From Octopus bimaculoides (taxonomy: Eukaryota), in NCBI RefSeq assembly GCF_001194135.2, contig NC_068990.1, positions 53,467,745 through 53,502,386 on the forward strand: a stretch of 34,642 bases of DNA. Reading direction: 5' to 3'. The number at the start of each line of letters is the position of its first letter. Positions within the stretch are counted from its first letter, which is position 1. The notes beneath the pieces are model-generated. The model ran no database searches. It was given only the letters and a program-made list of their open reading frames with translations, and was not told the DNA's origin. Both the position numbers and the translations under genes were made by a program. Shown here one piece after another: positions 11,700-22,548 of this stretch.

Positions 11700-12876
11700 A
11701 GTTTTATTTTATATCAATTGTATTTCGGCCAGAGTTCTTTCGTCACACTTCTGTGACCTCATCGGTGGTCCTTTGCTTCCTTGTTTCTTTTTTGTGTGTC
11801 TCTCCTTACTAATGATTTATTTTGGATTCCTATTGCATGTGTCTTTATTTGCGCAGGCGTATATCTCTGTGTGTGTCTATGTTTAGTGTGTGCGTAGGGA
11901 GAGGGGAATATGCCTGCATCATCAGTATCCCCTGTTTATACATGTTCGTTTAATTTACTTTTATTTATTTTATTCATTTGTTTATATCTACTTACTTTCT
12001 TTTCTTTCTTTTTTGTATTTGATTTATTTTATTTTGTTAATGTATATAGTTATTTAATTCCATTTATGTATCTGTGTATTGTACTATATTCATATTATTA
12101 TCAGTGTATGGGGATCTTATTCTGTCATAGGTTGTGGTGTGTTGGGGGTGTGTTCCATTCTAATTTCCCATTCAGGCTATGTTTATCTTCTGTTATGTGT
12201 GTAGCTTCTGTAATTTGTCTAAGCATTGCATCTGTTCTATGTGTGGACAAGATTTTAACTTCTATGTTGTTGAGCGAGCCCCGTGTTCCTGCTTTGCGTG
12301 CTGGTACAGAACCGAGGAGTTCTTCTCTTCCTTAAGTTCCCCGCAGTGCTCATTTACCCGCTCTCCTATGCTCTCTGCTATATCCCCTACGTACGTCGTT
12401 GTCTTGTTACTGCACCGTCCCTCTGTACATCTTATAATATAAACTACATTCCTGGCTTTATAGTTTGTTTGTGGGCTAAATCTACATACAGTACAGTTCC
12501 TATCAGTACAGGGGGTTCTACTAAAAGGGTAGGTTCTACCGATTAGGGTTGCCTGGCCTTTCTACAACATTAATTCTTAGCTTAAGTTTGTCTAGGGCCC
12601 TTCTAATGCGGTACGCCAGTTCACCAGTTCGCCTCTAGGGTTGGTGTCGACGAACATGACACTCTGGTATTTGTGGCTATCATACCATGAGTTGGCCTTC
12701 CCTATTTTCTTCTTAGACCTTTCAATCGTGTTCCATCACTTGCTTCTATAAAGTGGGCAAATTCCATTTCTATCGTTACGTATGATAGTTTCAAATTTCC
12801 TCATGGCTCCTTTGTATACTCTGATCCTTTCTCTATGGCTGTATCCTGAGAACTGCATGCAGTGAAAGAAGTGTTG
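11700..12876 (-). mobile_element. Penelope-like element, probably Neptune-type: RT C-terminal linker, Cys-rich motif, GIY-YIG endonuclease and 3' UTR
   Basis: Manual minus-strand translation: MQFSGYSHRERIRVYKGAMRKF..GICPLYRSK*W..KANSWY..YQSVMFVDTNPRGEL /fs/ AYRIRRALDKLKLRINVVERPG /fs/ YPFSRTPCTDRNCTVCRF..ARNVVYIIRCTEGRCSNKTTTYVGDIAESIGERVNEH..VLYQHAKQEH /fs/ EVKILSTHRTDAMLRQITEATHI..LNGKLEW; stop at 12125-12127. Clade assignment is from motif memory. Confidence 0.88.
11727..11771 (-). ncRNA. Type I minimal hammerhead-ribozyme-like motif in PLE 3' UTR
   Basis: Minus strand: ggacca-CCGATGA-G-GTCAC-agaagt-GTGAC-GAAA-GAAC-TC-tggcc. Perfect 5-bp stem II; stem I 4/5 paired. Confidence 0.65.
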
Positions 12877-12894
12877 TATGTGCCTCTTTAACTC

Positions 12895-13114
12895 TGTAGG
12901 AGTTAGACTGATCATTCACCGACAACAAATACGAAACCTCAGTACGAGACAAATTCCACTGAGTGGACGCATAGATATATGTGCAAAAAATAAGTCCTCC
13001 AAATTCCAGGTCTTCTTACTCTACCTATGTTCAATGGATACCACAGATGAAGCAGGGATAAATAAAGAGAATACTTTCATACAAATGTACAAACCCAGAC
13101 TTTACAACCTTTAA
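12895..13114 (+). mobile_element. PLE GIY-YIG C-terminal fragment
   Basis: VRLIIHRQQIRNLSTRQIPLSGRIDICAKNKSSKFQVFLLY..GINKENTFIQMYKPRLYNL aligns by eye with the C-terminus of the 2337-2594 element (RMALHTSQIKILKNRKIALIKHINICANNKNLSFRIFPLY..ISKESFFITKYKPLLN). Confidence 0.75.
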
Positions 13115-14079
13115 CAAAGTGCATACACAAATAACTATTCACACGCAAAACTTATTCTACCGCTTAACATGAGGTATATACTCAGCTAACAACCCAAACT
13201 TTAACCACTGGACTACATACAATCGACTCCTATCTACTCTGCAACCAGACAGATCAAATTTGGCGAGCCTTGATTATAACTAAACATGTTCACTCAACCG
13301 TGTCGCCCTTCATTTTAGGCACAAAATATACTGCCACGTGACACTAACGCACGGACGTAACGGGAATCATACAGGAGGTTCTAAACTTAATCACATGTTC
13401 ATTCTCTACAAACCCTTGGCAGAAAACATTCAGAGCATTGATTGTTTAATAGTACTATTAGACTTGTTCAGTCAACCGTATCAGGCTTAACTTACAACGC
13501 TAAACATTGTCACTAGATACTAACACACGGACGTAGCGGGGAACCTATTTCTAAGACCAGTCATGTGACTATCTTCTACTAATCAAACTCTATTCAAGAC
13601 ATATACTAATTTGAGCCATGAACACCCTATAAAAATAAGGCAAGCTTCAAACACTAGTCAGAAGCAAACCAGCTGCAACATATCTAAAATTTTTGAAAAT
13701 CAGTGTGAACTGTGAAACCGGTGAAATCTTTAAATATAATAATAAAAATATTTTAATTATTCTCAATGCATTTTCAACTTCTATTTTTCCTACATATATA
13801 TATATACATATTAAAATCTATTGGTAGTATTTAGGTAGTAATTTTTATTGCTTTTTTAAATGTATGTTTTTATAACATAATTGCATTTCACCTTATAGTT
13901 CTACTTTACGTTTTCCATTATTGGTATTCGAGTTTCATACATAGTGCATGACTTGCCAACATTCTCCCCACATGCATGTCATGTGTATACTTACGCATTT
14001 ACACTATAAGAATATATGATACAATGATATCAAACCAATGTAAACCATACTATCTTAAAGATAGTGTGTTCGCACTAGT

Positions 14080-14118
14080 ATGTATGTATGTATGTATGTA
14101 TGTATGTATGTATGTATG

Positions 14119-14163
<45 letters not shown>
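14080..14163 (+). repeat. (TATG)n + (TA)n microsatellite
   Basis: Direct reading. Confidence 0.97.
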
Positions 14164-14165
<2 letters not shown>

Positions 14166-14621
14166 ATCCGAGCAAAATAACTTCATAAGTTCTTTCTGTT
14201 GACACACCAGGCTAACAGTATTGTTTAGATTAGTGAAGAACTAAGTATTCTTATGGCGAGGTCCAAGTTTAGAACTCCTCACAATTCTATATAGTAAATC
14301 TGGTTTTACACAGAGTAATGTATGACAGGGCATAAACAATGGTCATTGCACATTTTTCCTTTATTAGAGTAAATTTGGCTTACAGCTGTTTCCAGTAGTC
14401 ATTATAGGTACGTCACTGATAGGTTTACTTAACTGGTGTATTGATCAGTTGAGAAAAATTGAACGACCAAAAAAAAATCAATGCAATTTCTGGTTATAAC
14501 CAGAAATGGCTCTGACGAACGTTGCACGCACACACACGCACACACACACACACACACACATACACACACAAACACACACAAACAAAAACATATGTATTAA
14601 TATTCATATATATGCACACAC

Positions 14622-14664
<43 letters not shown>

Positions 14665-14674
14665 TATATGAAAT

Positions 14675-14705
<31 letters not shown>

Positions 14706-14749
14706 TGAATCTTAATAATACTAATATTAATAATAATAATTCTCCTATA

Positions 14750-15170
14750 TGAAATTGTAGAATTAAATCCCACTGTTCGTTATTAGATCGATGTCTTACC
14801 CAGAACGTAATATATAAATGTACAATATACAACTAATAATTTTATAAACATTGGTTGCTCGAACAATATGAAACAACGTCTGTAAAACCACGTGTCGTCC
14901 TTTAAACTTAAGCACAAAGCAAATTGCACGTCATTATCCAGTAATATTTGGGAATTGAAGGAAAGTGGAATTGGGTTTAGCCTCAAATGGAAAATAATAA
15001 GAAAAGCACAGCCCTATAGAAATAGCAGATATGGGTGTGAGCAGTGCTCTATGGAAACATATGAAATCTTTAAGAATAAGGATAATGGCAACCTGATTAA
15101 TAATAGATTAGAACTTAGGGTATCATGTGCACATAGTGTCACCCGTATCTTTAAATATTATCAAAAGTAG
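14750..15170 (+). mobile_element. PLE GIY-YIG endonuclease fragment (Cys-rich type)
   Basis: NCRIKSHCSLLDRCLTQNVIYKCTI /fs/ INIGCSNNMKQRL*NHVSSFKLKHKANCTSLSSNIWELKESGIGFSLKWKIIRKAQPY..CEQCSMETYEI..LINNRLELRVSCAH. Confidence 0.82.
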
Positions 15171-15198
15171 CACTTTATTGATCTGGTGATTGTACTGC

Positions 15199-15438
15199 TT
15201 TTGATGGATACTTACTTTTAATATTTTAGTCTGAAATTAAATCACATTATATATTGCAATAAAATAAAAGCTATATAGTATAGTTAGTTAGTGTGCTAAA
15301 CAAAGTAGAATGGAATGATCAGGCAGGGTAGTATTGATTTTTGATGGATACTTACTTTTAATATTTTAGTCTGAAATTAAAGCACATTACATGTATTACA
15401 ATATAATAAAAGCTATATAGTATAGTTAGTTAGTGTGT
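15199..15438 (+). repeat. Two tandem copies of a unit of about 100 bp, period 140 bp
   Basis: ttttgatggatacttacttttaatattttagtctgaaattaaa...aagctatatagtatagttagttagtgtg at 15199 and 15339. Confidence 0.93.
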
Positions 15439-15504
15439 TAGTCAAGGTTAGTATACTATCCATAGGAGATTTTTTCCTGCCTAGCTGATCAAATTTATAT
15501 TTAG

Positions 15505-17385
15505 TAATTACTTTATTTATCCCTTTCTTAAAGTGTTCCATCCTCATGATCTTAGTATTTATAAGGGCCTTTTTGTTAGTACCCCTTCTAATTAAGTACC
15601 CCTTAGTAACCACATTATAAGGTATGGATTAGCATACAAAAAACTTTATAAACCTATAATATGCCTCTTAGTTTAAAATTAGTATATAGTTGGCATGTCC
15701 TACAACATCAATATTCCTTTAGTTAATACCGAGTATCAGTCTTTATAGATACAAACTAAATAAGTAAATAAACAATTTTTAGTTTTAAATACTTGAATTA
15801 TTATACATTGTCCATAAATCATCCCTACTGATGTTACTAAATTTTTGTTTTTAGTATTAAGCTATTTCTTTCCTTTTCTATGGTGTTCTGCCCTGCCTGA
15901 TCATTTTAATACTTCTTAATACTTTATAATTGCCTTTAGATAAACCTAAATTTTTTGTACCCCTATAAATTCATACTTAGCTTATATAAAACAATGTGGG
16001 TATCTTCACAGCTTAAAAATAAACTGCTTAGATTACAATTTATTTAATATATAGTCAACTTGATCTTTCACCTCAATGCTAAATCTTCTTGATAACCCTA
16101 AATTTTAACTTTACACAATATGGCTATATTGTTTAAAATAGTTTTAGTAATTACTTTACTTAACCCTTTCTTAAAGTGTTCCACCCTCCTGATCTTAGTA
16201 TTTATATTGGCCTTTATATAAGTAGCCCTTCTAATTAAGTAACCCTAAGAAACTATAATATCATGTACGGATTAACACTAATAACTTTTAAAACCTATAT
16301 TATACCTCTTAATTTAAAATTAGTATATAATTAGCATGTCCTATAACATCAATATTCTTTTAAATAATACCGGGTATCAGTCTTGATCGAAACAAACTAA
16401 AAAAGTAAATAAACAACTTTTAGTTCATAATAATTAAATTATTATACATATTCTAGAAATCTTCTCTATTGATGTTAATAAGGTATATATACTTTAATAG
16501 AGTTTTAGTGATTAGGCTACTTTTATTCCTTTTCTAAGGTATTCTGCCCTACCTGATCATTTTATTATTTTATAATAGCCTTTAATAAATCTAATTTTTG
16601 TACCCCTATAAATTCATACTTAGCTTATTTAAAACAATGCCTGTATCTCCACAGCTTAAACATAATTTAATTAAATTAGTATATAGTTAACATGTTCTTT
16701 AGCCTCAGTACTCCTTTATTAAATACCAGTAAAATCTAAGAAGTTAATATTTAAATATATAATATGTATAGATATTAAACTATTGCTTTGTAATTTCTTT
16801 TCCTCCCTCTACTGTGGTAAAATTTGGTATAAACTCAAAAGTATTAAAAAAAAAATTAATTCTTTTGTTATAATACCATTCTTAATAATCTCCTTGACAA
16901 AGCTATTTTTAATTTTAACTTTATACAATGTGGCAATATTGCTTAAAATGGTCTTTAGAAATTACTTGATTTATCCCTTTCCTAAAGTGTTCTACCCTCC
17001 TGATCTTACTATTTATAAGGGCCTTTATATAAGTAGCCCTTCTAATTAAGTACCCTAAGAAACTATAACTATCATGTATGGTGTAGCACTAATAACTCCT
17101 AAAACCTATAATATTCCTCTTAGTTTTAAAATTAGTGTATAATTGAATGTCCTATAACATCAATATTCCTTTAGCTAATACCAGGTATCAGTCTTTATTG
17201 ATACTAGCTAAATAAGTTAATAAAAGTAAATAAATAATTTTTAGTTTAGGATAAAAAGTTTGGTATATACTCAAAAGTATTCAAAACAACTTTTTATACT
17301 TTTGTTATAATATTCTTCTTAATAATCTTCTGAATAACCCTAAATTTTAACTTTATACAATGTGGCAACATTGTTTAAAATTTTA
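15505..17385. repeat. Degenerate AT-rich tandem array, about 2.5 units (periods 643 and 811 bp) with internal subrepeats
   Basis: Block taattacttt..ccctttcttaaagtgttcca.cctc.tgatcttagtatttata..ggcc at 15505, 16148 and 16959; other blocks also recur (gtacccctataaattcatacttagctta; aattttaactttatacaatgtggc). Confidence 0.92.
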
Positions 17386-17419
17386 ACTATAGTACCTATG
17401 ATAAAATCTCCATTGTTTC

Positions 17420-18170
17420 ATTACCAATAGTCTACTGGTGGCTTGCCCCTTTAATTGTCAGCTAACATCTTGATTTAAGATTTCCTACTTCAAATAAATC
17501 TTGATAATTTTATGACTACACCCACTATGGTTTCTGTCGACTCCCTCAGGCCCCTTCCTAACAGACACTGTCCCTTTGTTCTTTTGGCCTTAGATATACA
17601 AAGATTTGATAAACTAGTCTATAAATTGAAACTGACCCCATAAAACAGTGACAAGCAAAATCTGTAACAAGTCTTTCTTCCTGATACCTTAGTAGCTTCT
17701 AAGCTGAGGTGAAGACAGCATGTTCTTTGTCTATCTCCTTACCTTCTTCGAGATTTTAGGTAAAATTATACTAATGTGTCCATCTGTTTTAAATTAATTA
17801 AACTCTATATCTTTATGCAGCTGAGGATTGCTCTGCATTTAAATTGATGTAATGGTTGCATTGTTCAATTAAATGGAGTTGCGTGAAACGATCGTACTGC
17901 ATTACCTCTGGATATCCTTGTTGCTTATTTTGATTTTAATCACCTTATTTTGAAATTGTATGGATAATACCGTACTAAATTATGGTGCCTCAACTTAAGT
18001 ACCATATTCATCTGAATCTATAAATATGAGAGGTATTGGTATCCAGAAGACCCAAGGTGGCAGGTAACGCTATATAAGTGCTATGGAAGGACCGTAGTTA
18101 AACTCTCAGTTCGATAATATGAGTAAGGAGTCTATTGCGGGTCTTGTATGAGCATGTATTTATTTGTTAA
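17420..18170 (-). mobile_element. Highly decayed PLE RT thumb/linker fragment
   Basis: Minus-strand remnants CH..VFWIP..SHIYRFR*IW (cf. SCHP...SIPYSQFLRLRRICS), QQGYPE (cf. xGYP) and VYLRPKEQRD (cf. AYRRPKNLRD); many indels. Confidence 0.45.
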
Positions 18171-18233
18171 ATAAAATGAGACATCAAAGCCAAGGTGTGT
18201 GGAATTTTCAGGACATTTATAAAGAGAAAGTTA

Positions 18234-18281
18234 GTCCTACACCTGTTTCTGGGATATTAGGGATATCTCTTCATCAGAGAC
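18234..18281 (-). ncRNA. Type I minimal hammerhead-ribozyme-like motif
   Basis: Minus strand: gtct-CTGATGA-a-gagatat-cccta-atatccc-a-GAAA-CAGGTG-TA-ggac. Canonical core; stem II 6/7 paired; stem III one change from the palindrome CAGCTG. Confidence 0.68.
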
Positions 18282-19059
18282 GATGTGGGTTGGCTAAATA
18301 GAGGGAAATATTAGAGTTTATTATAAGGAGTTATTTAAAAAAAGGAAGCAAATAGGGAAATAAGAGAATGAATGTACAAATAAAAATATATAAAGATGTT
18401 ATAGTTGCAGTTCCATTATCCAAGGAAAGTGATATGTAGAAGTGGTAGAAATGCTTCTTGTCCATAGTATGTAAATTCCAATAGGAGTTTATATTTCGTC
18501 ATCACAAATGGAAAGGGTGGAGACGTAGATTCTATGTGCTATTCATTCAAAGGGGCATTGTGGTGTGAATAAATATTTGAGAATGTAGTGGTAGTATTAA
18601 GTGGATAGAGAGGGGAGAAAAGAAGTGTATGTTAAAATAAAAAGAGAGGTCAAATGAAAAGGTGAGAAAAGAAGGAAAGAAAGAGGAAGATAGAATGAAA
18701 ACAGAAGAGGAAATAAAAATTGTGATAAAGTAAAAAAAAATGTAAAAAAATGAGTGTTGATGGTCAAGTTATTATGAGGTGGGGAGGGGAGAGGAATAGG
18801 AGAGGGGTAAGTAGAGATAAGAATGTAAGTAATGAATATAGGTGAGGTGTGTGAGGTGAGGTGATATGTTGAAATGGCACTAAGGGGTAGGTACAGAAAA
18901 CGTTATGGGGGTGGTTCTGAAGTGAGTAGTAAACCACAAAACGGAAGGAAGAATACTAAGAATGGTCAATTTTCTATAAAGAGACTTATGTGTTTATTCT
19001 ATTGGCCCATGTGATAGTGTGGGTAGAGGAATCAGGGAGAAAGAAAGAAAGAAGTGTAT

Positions 19060-19167
19060 ATCGATATACGCACGCGTGCACGTATGTACTTATATGTGTG
19101 TGTGTATGCATTATTATCTAGGCCTGCGTATATATATGTGTGTGTACACTTTATTATATAGGCCTGC

Positions 19168-19201
<34 letters not shown>

Positions 19202-19500
19202 ACACACACATACACACACATACATATGCACGTATATACATATACACACATACGCATATATGCATACACACATATATGCACACATATATATACATACATA
19301 CACAGACATATATATGCACAAACATACACATACCCATCAATACATGCATATACGCATACACACGTACACATATACACGCATGCATGCACACGTACACACA
19401 CGTACACGCCTTTCCACACACACACACACACACACACACATGTATATATACATATATATATACGCACATACATCCGCATACGTATGCATGTCTATATGTA
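19060..19500. repeat. Compound (TA)/(CA)/(TACA) microsatellite block
   Basis: Direct reading; source of spurious H/T/Y and C/V/Y ORFs. Confidence 0.95.
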
Positions 19501-20149
19501 GTATTAAACAATTAAAATATGATTGGAGAGCTAAAAATTAATGGAAAGTCAAAGGGTTGTGGAGGATATGTGCTGTGTGGTTATATAGGTTGCATTTAGA
19601 TTTGTGGTAAAATTTGAAGGTATGAAAAAAAGCGGTGGTTGCATGTACTTAGGCCTCATCATATTTATTTAGTAGTATTGAAGGGTTGTGTTTTAATATG
19701 TGGAATGCCTCTTTTAGAAATAATTTACAGGCTGAGCGTTGACTTTGGTATCGAAGTCCTGAATCTATTATGGACCATGACAAGATGTAGGGAATATTTC
19801 TACTTTTGAGATGATGTATGTGACTGGCGAGTGTTGTGAATTTACTGTGTTTCTCGTTTCTAAAAGAACTGAGATGCGCAGCGTATTGCTGTTTAAAATG
19901 TATAGTTGTTCCAATATTTATGGTTTTAGAATTGTGTAACGTGTTGTGGACGGTGCATTTATAAATAACATCAGACCTTCAGATGGGGAGAGAGTGAGGG
20001 ACGTCATCAAACGTCAATGAGAGAGAGAGAGAGTGTGTGTGTGTGTGTGTGTGGAAAACGAATTAGCACTAAAAAATAACCCAGACGACCACTGTATTTT
20101 TGTTGAAAGAACAAAAAAGACAAGAGAGCCAATTTTTTCGAGTACAACA

Positions 20150-21110
20150 AGTAATGTTACTGGAAGCTGAAAACGTCGTTGTCGGCGCGTACAGATTTCA
20201 GCGACCAGATTAGTGAACTAATTAAAAGGGCATTGAGGAGGGCAATAATCAACAATAAATGGTGGTTCACCCTAAAAAAGGTGATTAGAATAGAATCGAT
20301 AAGGTTTAGCAAAGGACTAGCAGCAGAAAGAAACAGAGTAGAGACAGAGCTAGTCAAAGGGTTAGACGAGACTTTTAGAAGAGGCATCGTGACCGACGTG
20401 CTCGCAGCGAGATTAGCACTAGACCAATTCTACAACGCGGAACACGAAGGTTGTGTTGCCAGAGCTAAAGCACGAACACTTAGGCACGGATGGATGAAAG
20501 CCGTTCAATGAGCTTGAGTGGAAGATGCACGGCGTAGCAATAAATCCACGATCCGATCCTTGCCGGATCACGACGGACAAATGATAACTGATCAGAGACA
20601 GATGTGTGCGGCTTTTCAGCGGCGCTTCACTCAACTGGTCGGGAGCAGTGGGGAGCCGGGTCGCAGGATGGATTTCACGTCCTACCTCGACGAACTGCTG
20701 CGGCTCTTGGCGACGGAGTGGGAGCGTTACGAAAGGCCGATAATGGCCTTTGAAATATGGAAAGCAATGTCTAGCTGCACGAGGGGTAAATCGCCTGGCT
20801 TGGATAGTCTGCTTTACGAGCTTTACGCTTACATGCCAGACTTCTTCGATGACCTCTTAGCAAACAATTACTGAAACTGGCAACAGAACGGAAGAATTCC
20901 AAGTTTTATGAGCCTAGGATTGGGGCGTTGCTGATAAAAGACCCAAATGAGGGAGATTGTACTGATAATTTTAGGCCTATAACTCTGAAAGAAGAGTTCA
21001 AAATTTTGGCCAAGGTGTTAGCTACGAGGTTGGTGCTTGTCGGGGATCTGATAGGGGAGGCACTGACATATGACATCCCGAAAAGATTAATCCACGCTCT
21101 AACTCTTCGT
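20150..21110 (+). mobile_element. L1/Tx1-type LINE ORF2 fragment (post-endonuclease to RT N-terminus), decayed
   Basis: YWKL motif at about 20158, ORFs 20179-20511 and 20518-20874 (TRGKSPGLDSLLYELY), DNFRPITL..FKILAKVLATRL. Homologous to the minus-strand element around 28600-29000. Confidence 0.88.
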
Positions 21111-21304
21111 AACGCCAGTGTTATAATGGTGGCAGCTGATGAAGGAAATGTTCTCTATGTGGCCTGTGTGTTTTCTGTACCTTGTTTATCATTTTGTCCA
21201 TGTTTTTTTTTGCAACGTCATGTACCCAGATATGCATCTATATATACATGTAGATGAAGGTATGTACATATATATGCATATACTCATATATTGTGTATGT
21301 GTGT

Positions 21305-21666
21305 TGGCACTCCGTCGCTTACGACATCGTGGGTTCCAGTTGATACGATCAACGGAACAGCCTGCTCGTGAAATTAATGTGGAAGTGGCTGAGCACTCCA
21401 CAAACACGTGTACCCTTAACGTAGTTCTCGGGGATATTCAGCGTGACACAGCGTGACAAGGCTGACCCTTTGAATTACAGGCACAACAGAAACAGGAAGT
21501 AAGAGTGAGAGAAAGTTGTGGTGAAAGAGTACAGCAGGGTTCGCCAGCATCGCCTGCCGGAGCCTCGTGGAGCTTTAGGTGTTTTCGCTCAATAAACACT
21601 CACAACGCCCGGTCTGGGAATCGAAACCGCGAGTCCGCTGCCCTAACCACTGGGCCATTGCGCCTC
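21305..21666 (-). mobile_element. tRNA-derived SINE, second family
   Basis: Minus-strand head gaggcgcaaTGGCCCAGTGGttagggcagcggactcgcGGTTTCGATTCCcagaccggg (A and B boxes) followed by about 300 bp of body; abuts the gap. Confidence 0.75.
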
Positions 21667-22548
21667 NNNNNNNNNNNNNNNNNNNNNNNNNNNNNNNNNN
21701 NNNNNNNNNNNNNNNNNNNNNNNNNNNNNNNNNNNNNNNNNNNNNNNNNNNNNNNNNNNNNNNNNNNNNNNNNNNNNNNNNNNNNNNNNNNNNNNNNNNN
21801 NNNNNNNNNNNNNNNNNNNNNNNNNNNNNNNNNNNNNNNNNNNNNNNNNNNNNNNNNNNNNNNNNNNNNNNNNNNNNNNNNNNNNNNNNNNNNNNNNNNN
21901 NNNNNNNNNNNNNNNNNNNNNNNNNNNNNNNNNNNNNNNNNNNNNNNNNNNNNNNNNNNNNNNNNNNNNNNNNNNNNNNNNNNNNNNNNNNNNNNNNNNN
22001 NNNNNNNNNNNNNNNNNNNNNNNNNNNNNNNNNNNNNNNNNNNNNNNNNNNNNNNNNNNNNNNNNNNNNNNNNNNNNNNNNNNNNNNNNNNNNNNNNNNN
22101 NNNNNNNNNNNNNNNNNNNNNNNNNNNNNNNNNNNNNNNNNNNNNNNNNNNNNNNNNNNNNNNNNNNNNNNNNNNNNNNNNNNNNNNNNNNNNNNNNNNN
22201 NNNNNNNNNNNNNNNNNNNNNNNNNNNNNNNNNNNNNNNNNNNNNNNNNNNNNNNNNNNNNNNNNNNNNNNNNNNNNNNNNNNNNNNNNNNNNNNNNNNN
22301 NNNNNNNNNNNNNNNNNNNNNNNNNNNNNNNNNNNNNNNNNNNNNNNNNNNNNNNNNNNNNNNNNNNNNNNNNNNNNNNNNNNNNNNNNNNNNNNNNNNN
22401 NNNNNNNNNNNNNNNNNNNNNNNNNNNNNNNNNNNNNNNNNNNNNNNNNNNNNNNNNNNNNNNNNNNNNNNNNNNNNNNNNNNNNNNNNNNNNNNNNNNN
22501 NNNNNNNNNNNNNNNNNNNNNNNNNNNNNNNNNNNNNNNNNNNNNNNN
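21667..22548. other. Assembly gap
   Basis: N run. Confidence 1.

Larger units (their letters stand above)
18234..19960 (-). mobile_element. PLE 3' portion: GIY-YIG C-terminus (19649-19924), microsatellite/pyrimidine-rich 3' UTR, terminal hammerhead-like motif
   Basis: Open frame 19924->19649: TINIGTTIHFKQQYAAHLSSFRNEKHSKFTTLASHIHHLKSRNIPYILSWSIIDSG..SACKLFLKEAFHILKHNPSILLNKYDE, then CNH after a frameshift. Same type as 14750-15170. Linking the UTR to this ORF is inference. Confidence 0.78.

Noticed and set aside
10656-11756. Long ORFs spanning N runs (also at 6004-6438, 21505-22754, 27512-28725, 33366-34091)
   Set aside because: Length comes from gaps read as X. Only the flanks belonging to the LINE and the mariner were used.
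14368-14420. Minus-strand GAAACAGCTGTAAGCC hammerhead half
   Set aside because: No CUGAnGA core or stem I partner; cited only as a relic.
15199-17385. CRISPR array or mitochondrial insertion
   Set aside because: No short constant repeats with unique spacers, and no mitochondrial gene, rRNA or tRNA motif recognised.
21135-21170. cagCTGATGAaggaaatg... as a hammerhead
   Set aside because: Core 5' half present, but no stem II closure or GAAA downstream.
21595-21666. tRNA gene on the minus strand
   Set aside because: Has A and B boxes but lacks a full cloverleaf and continues into a SINE body; called a SINE head.
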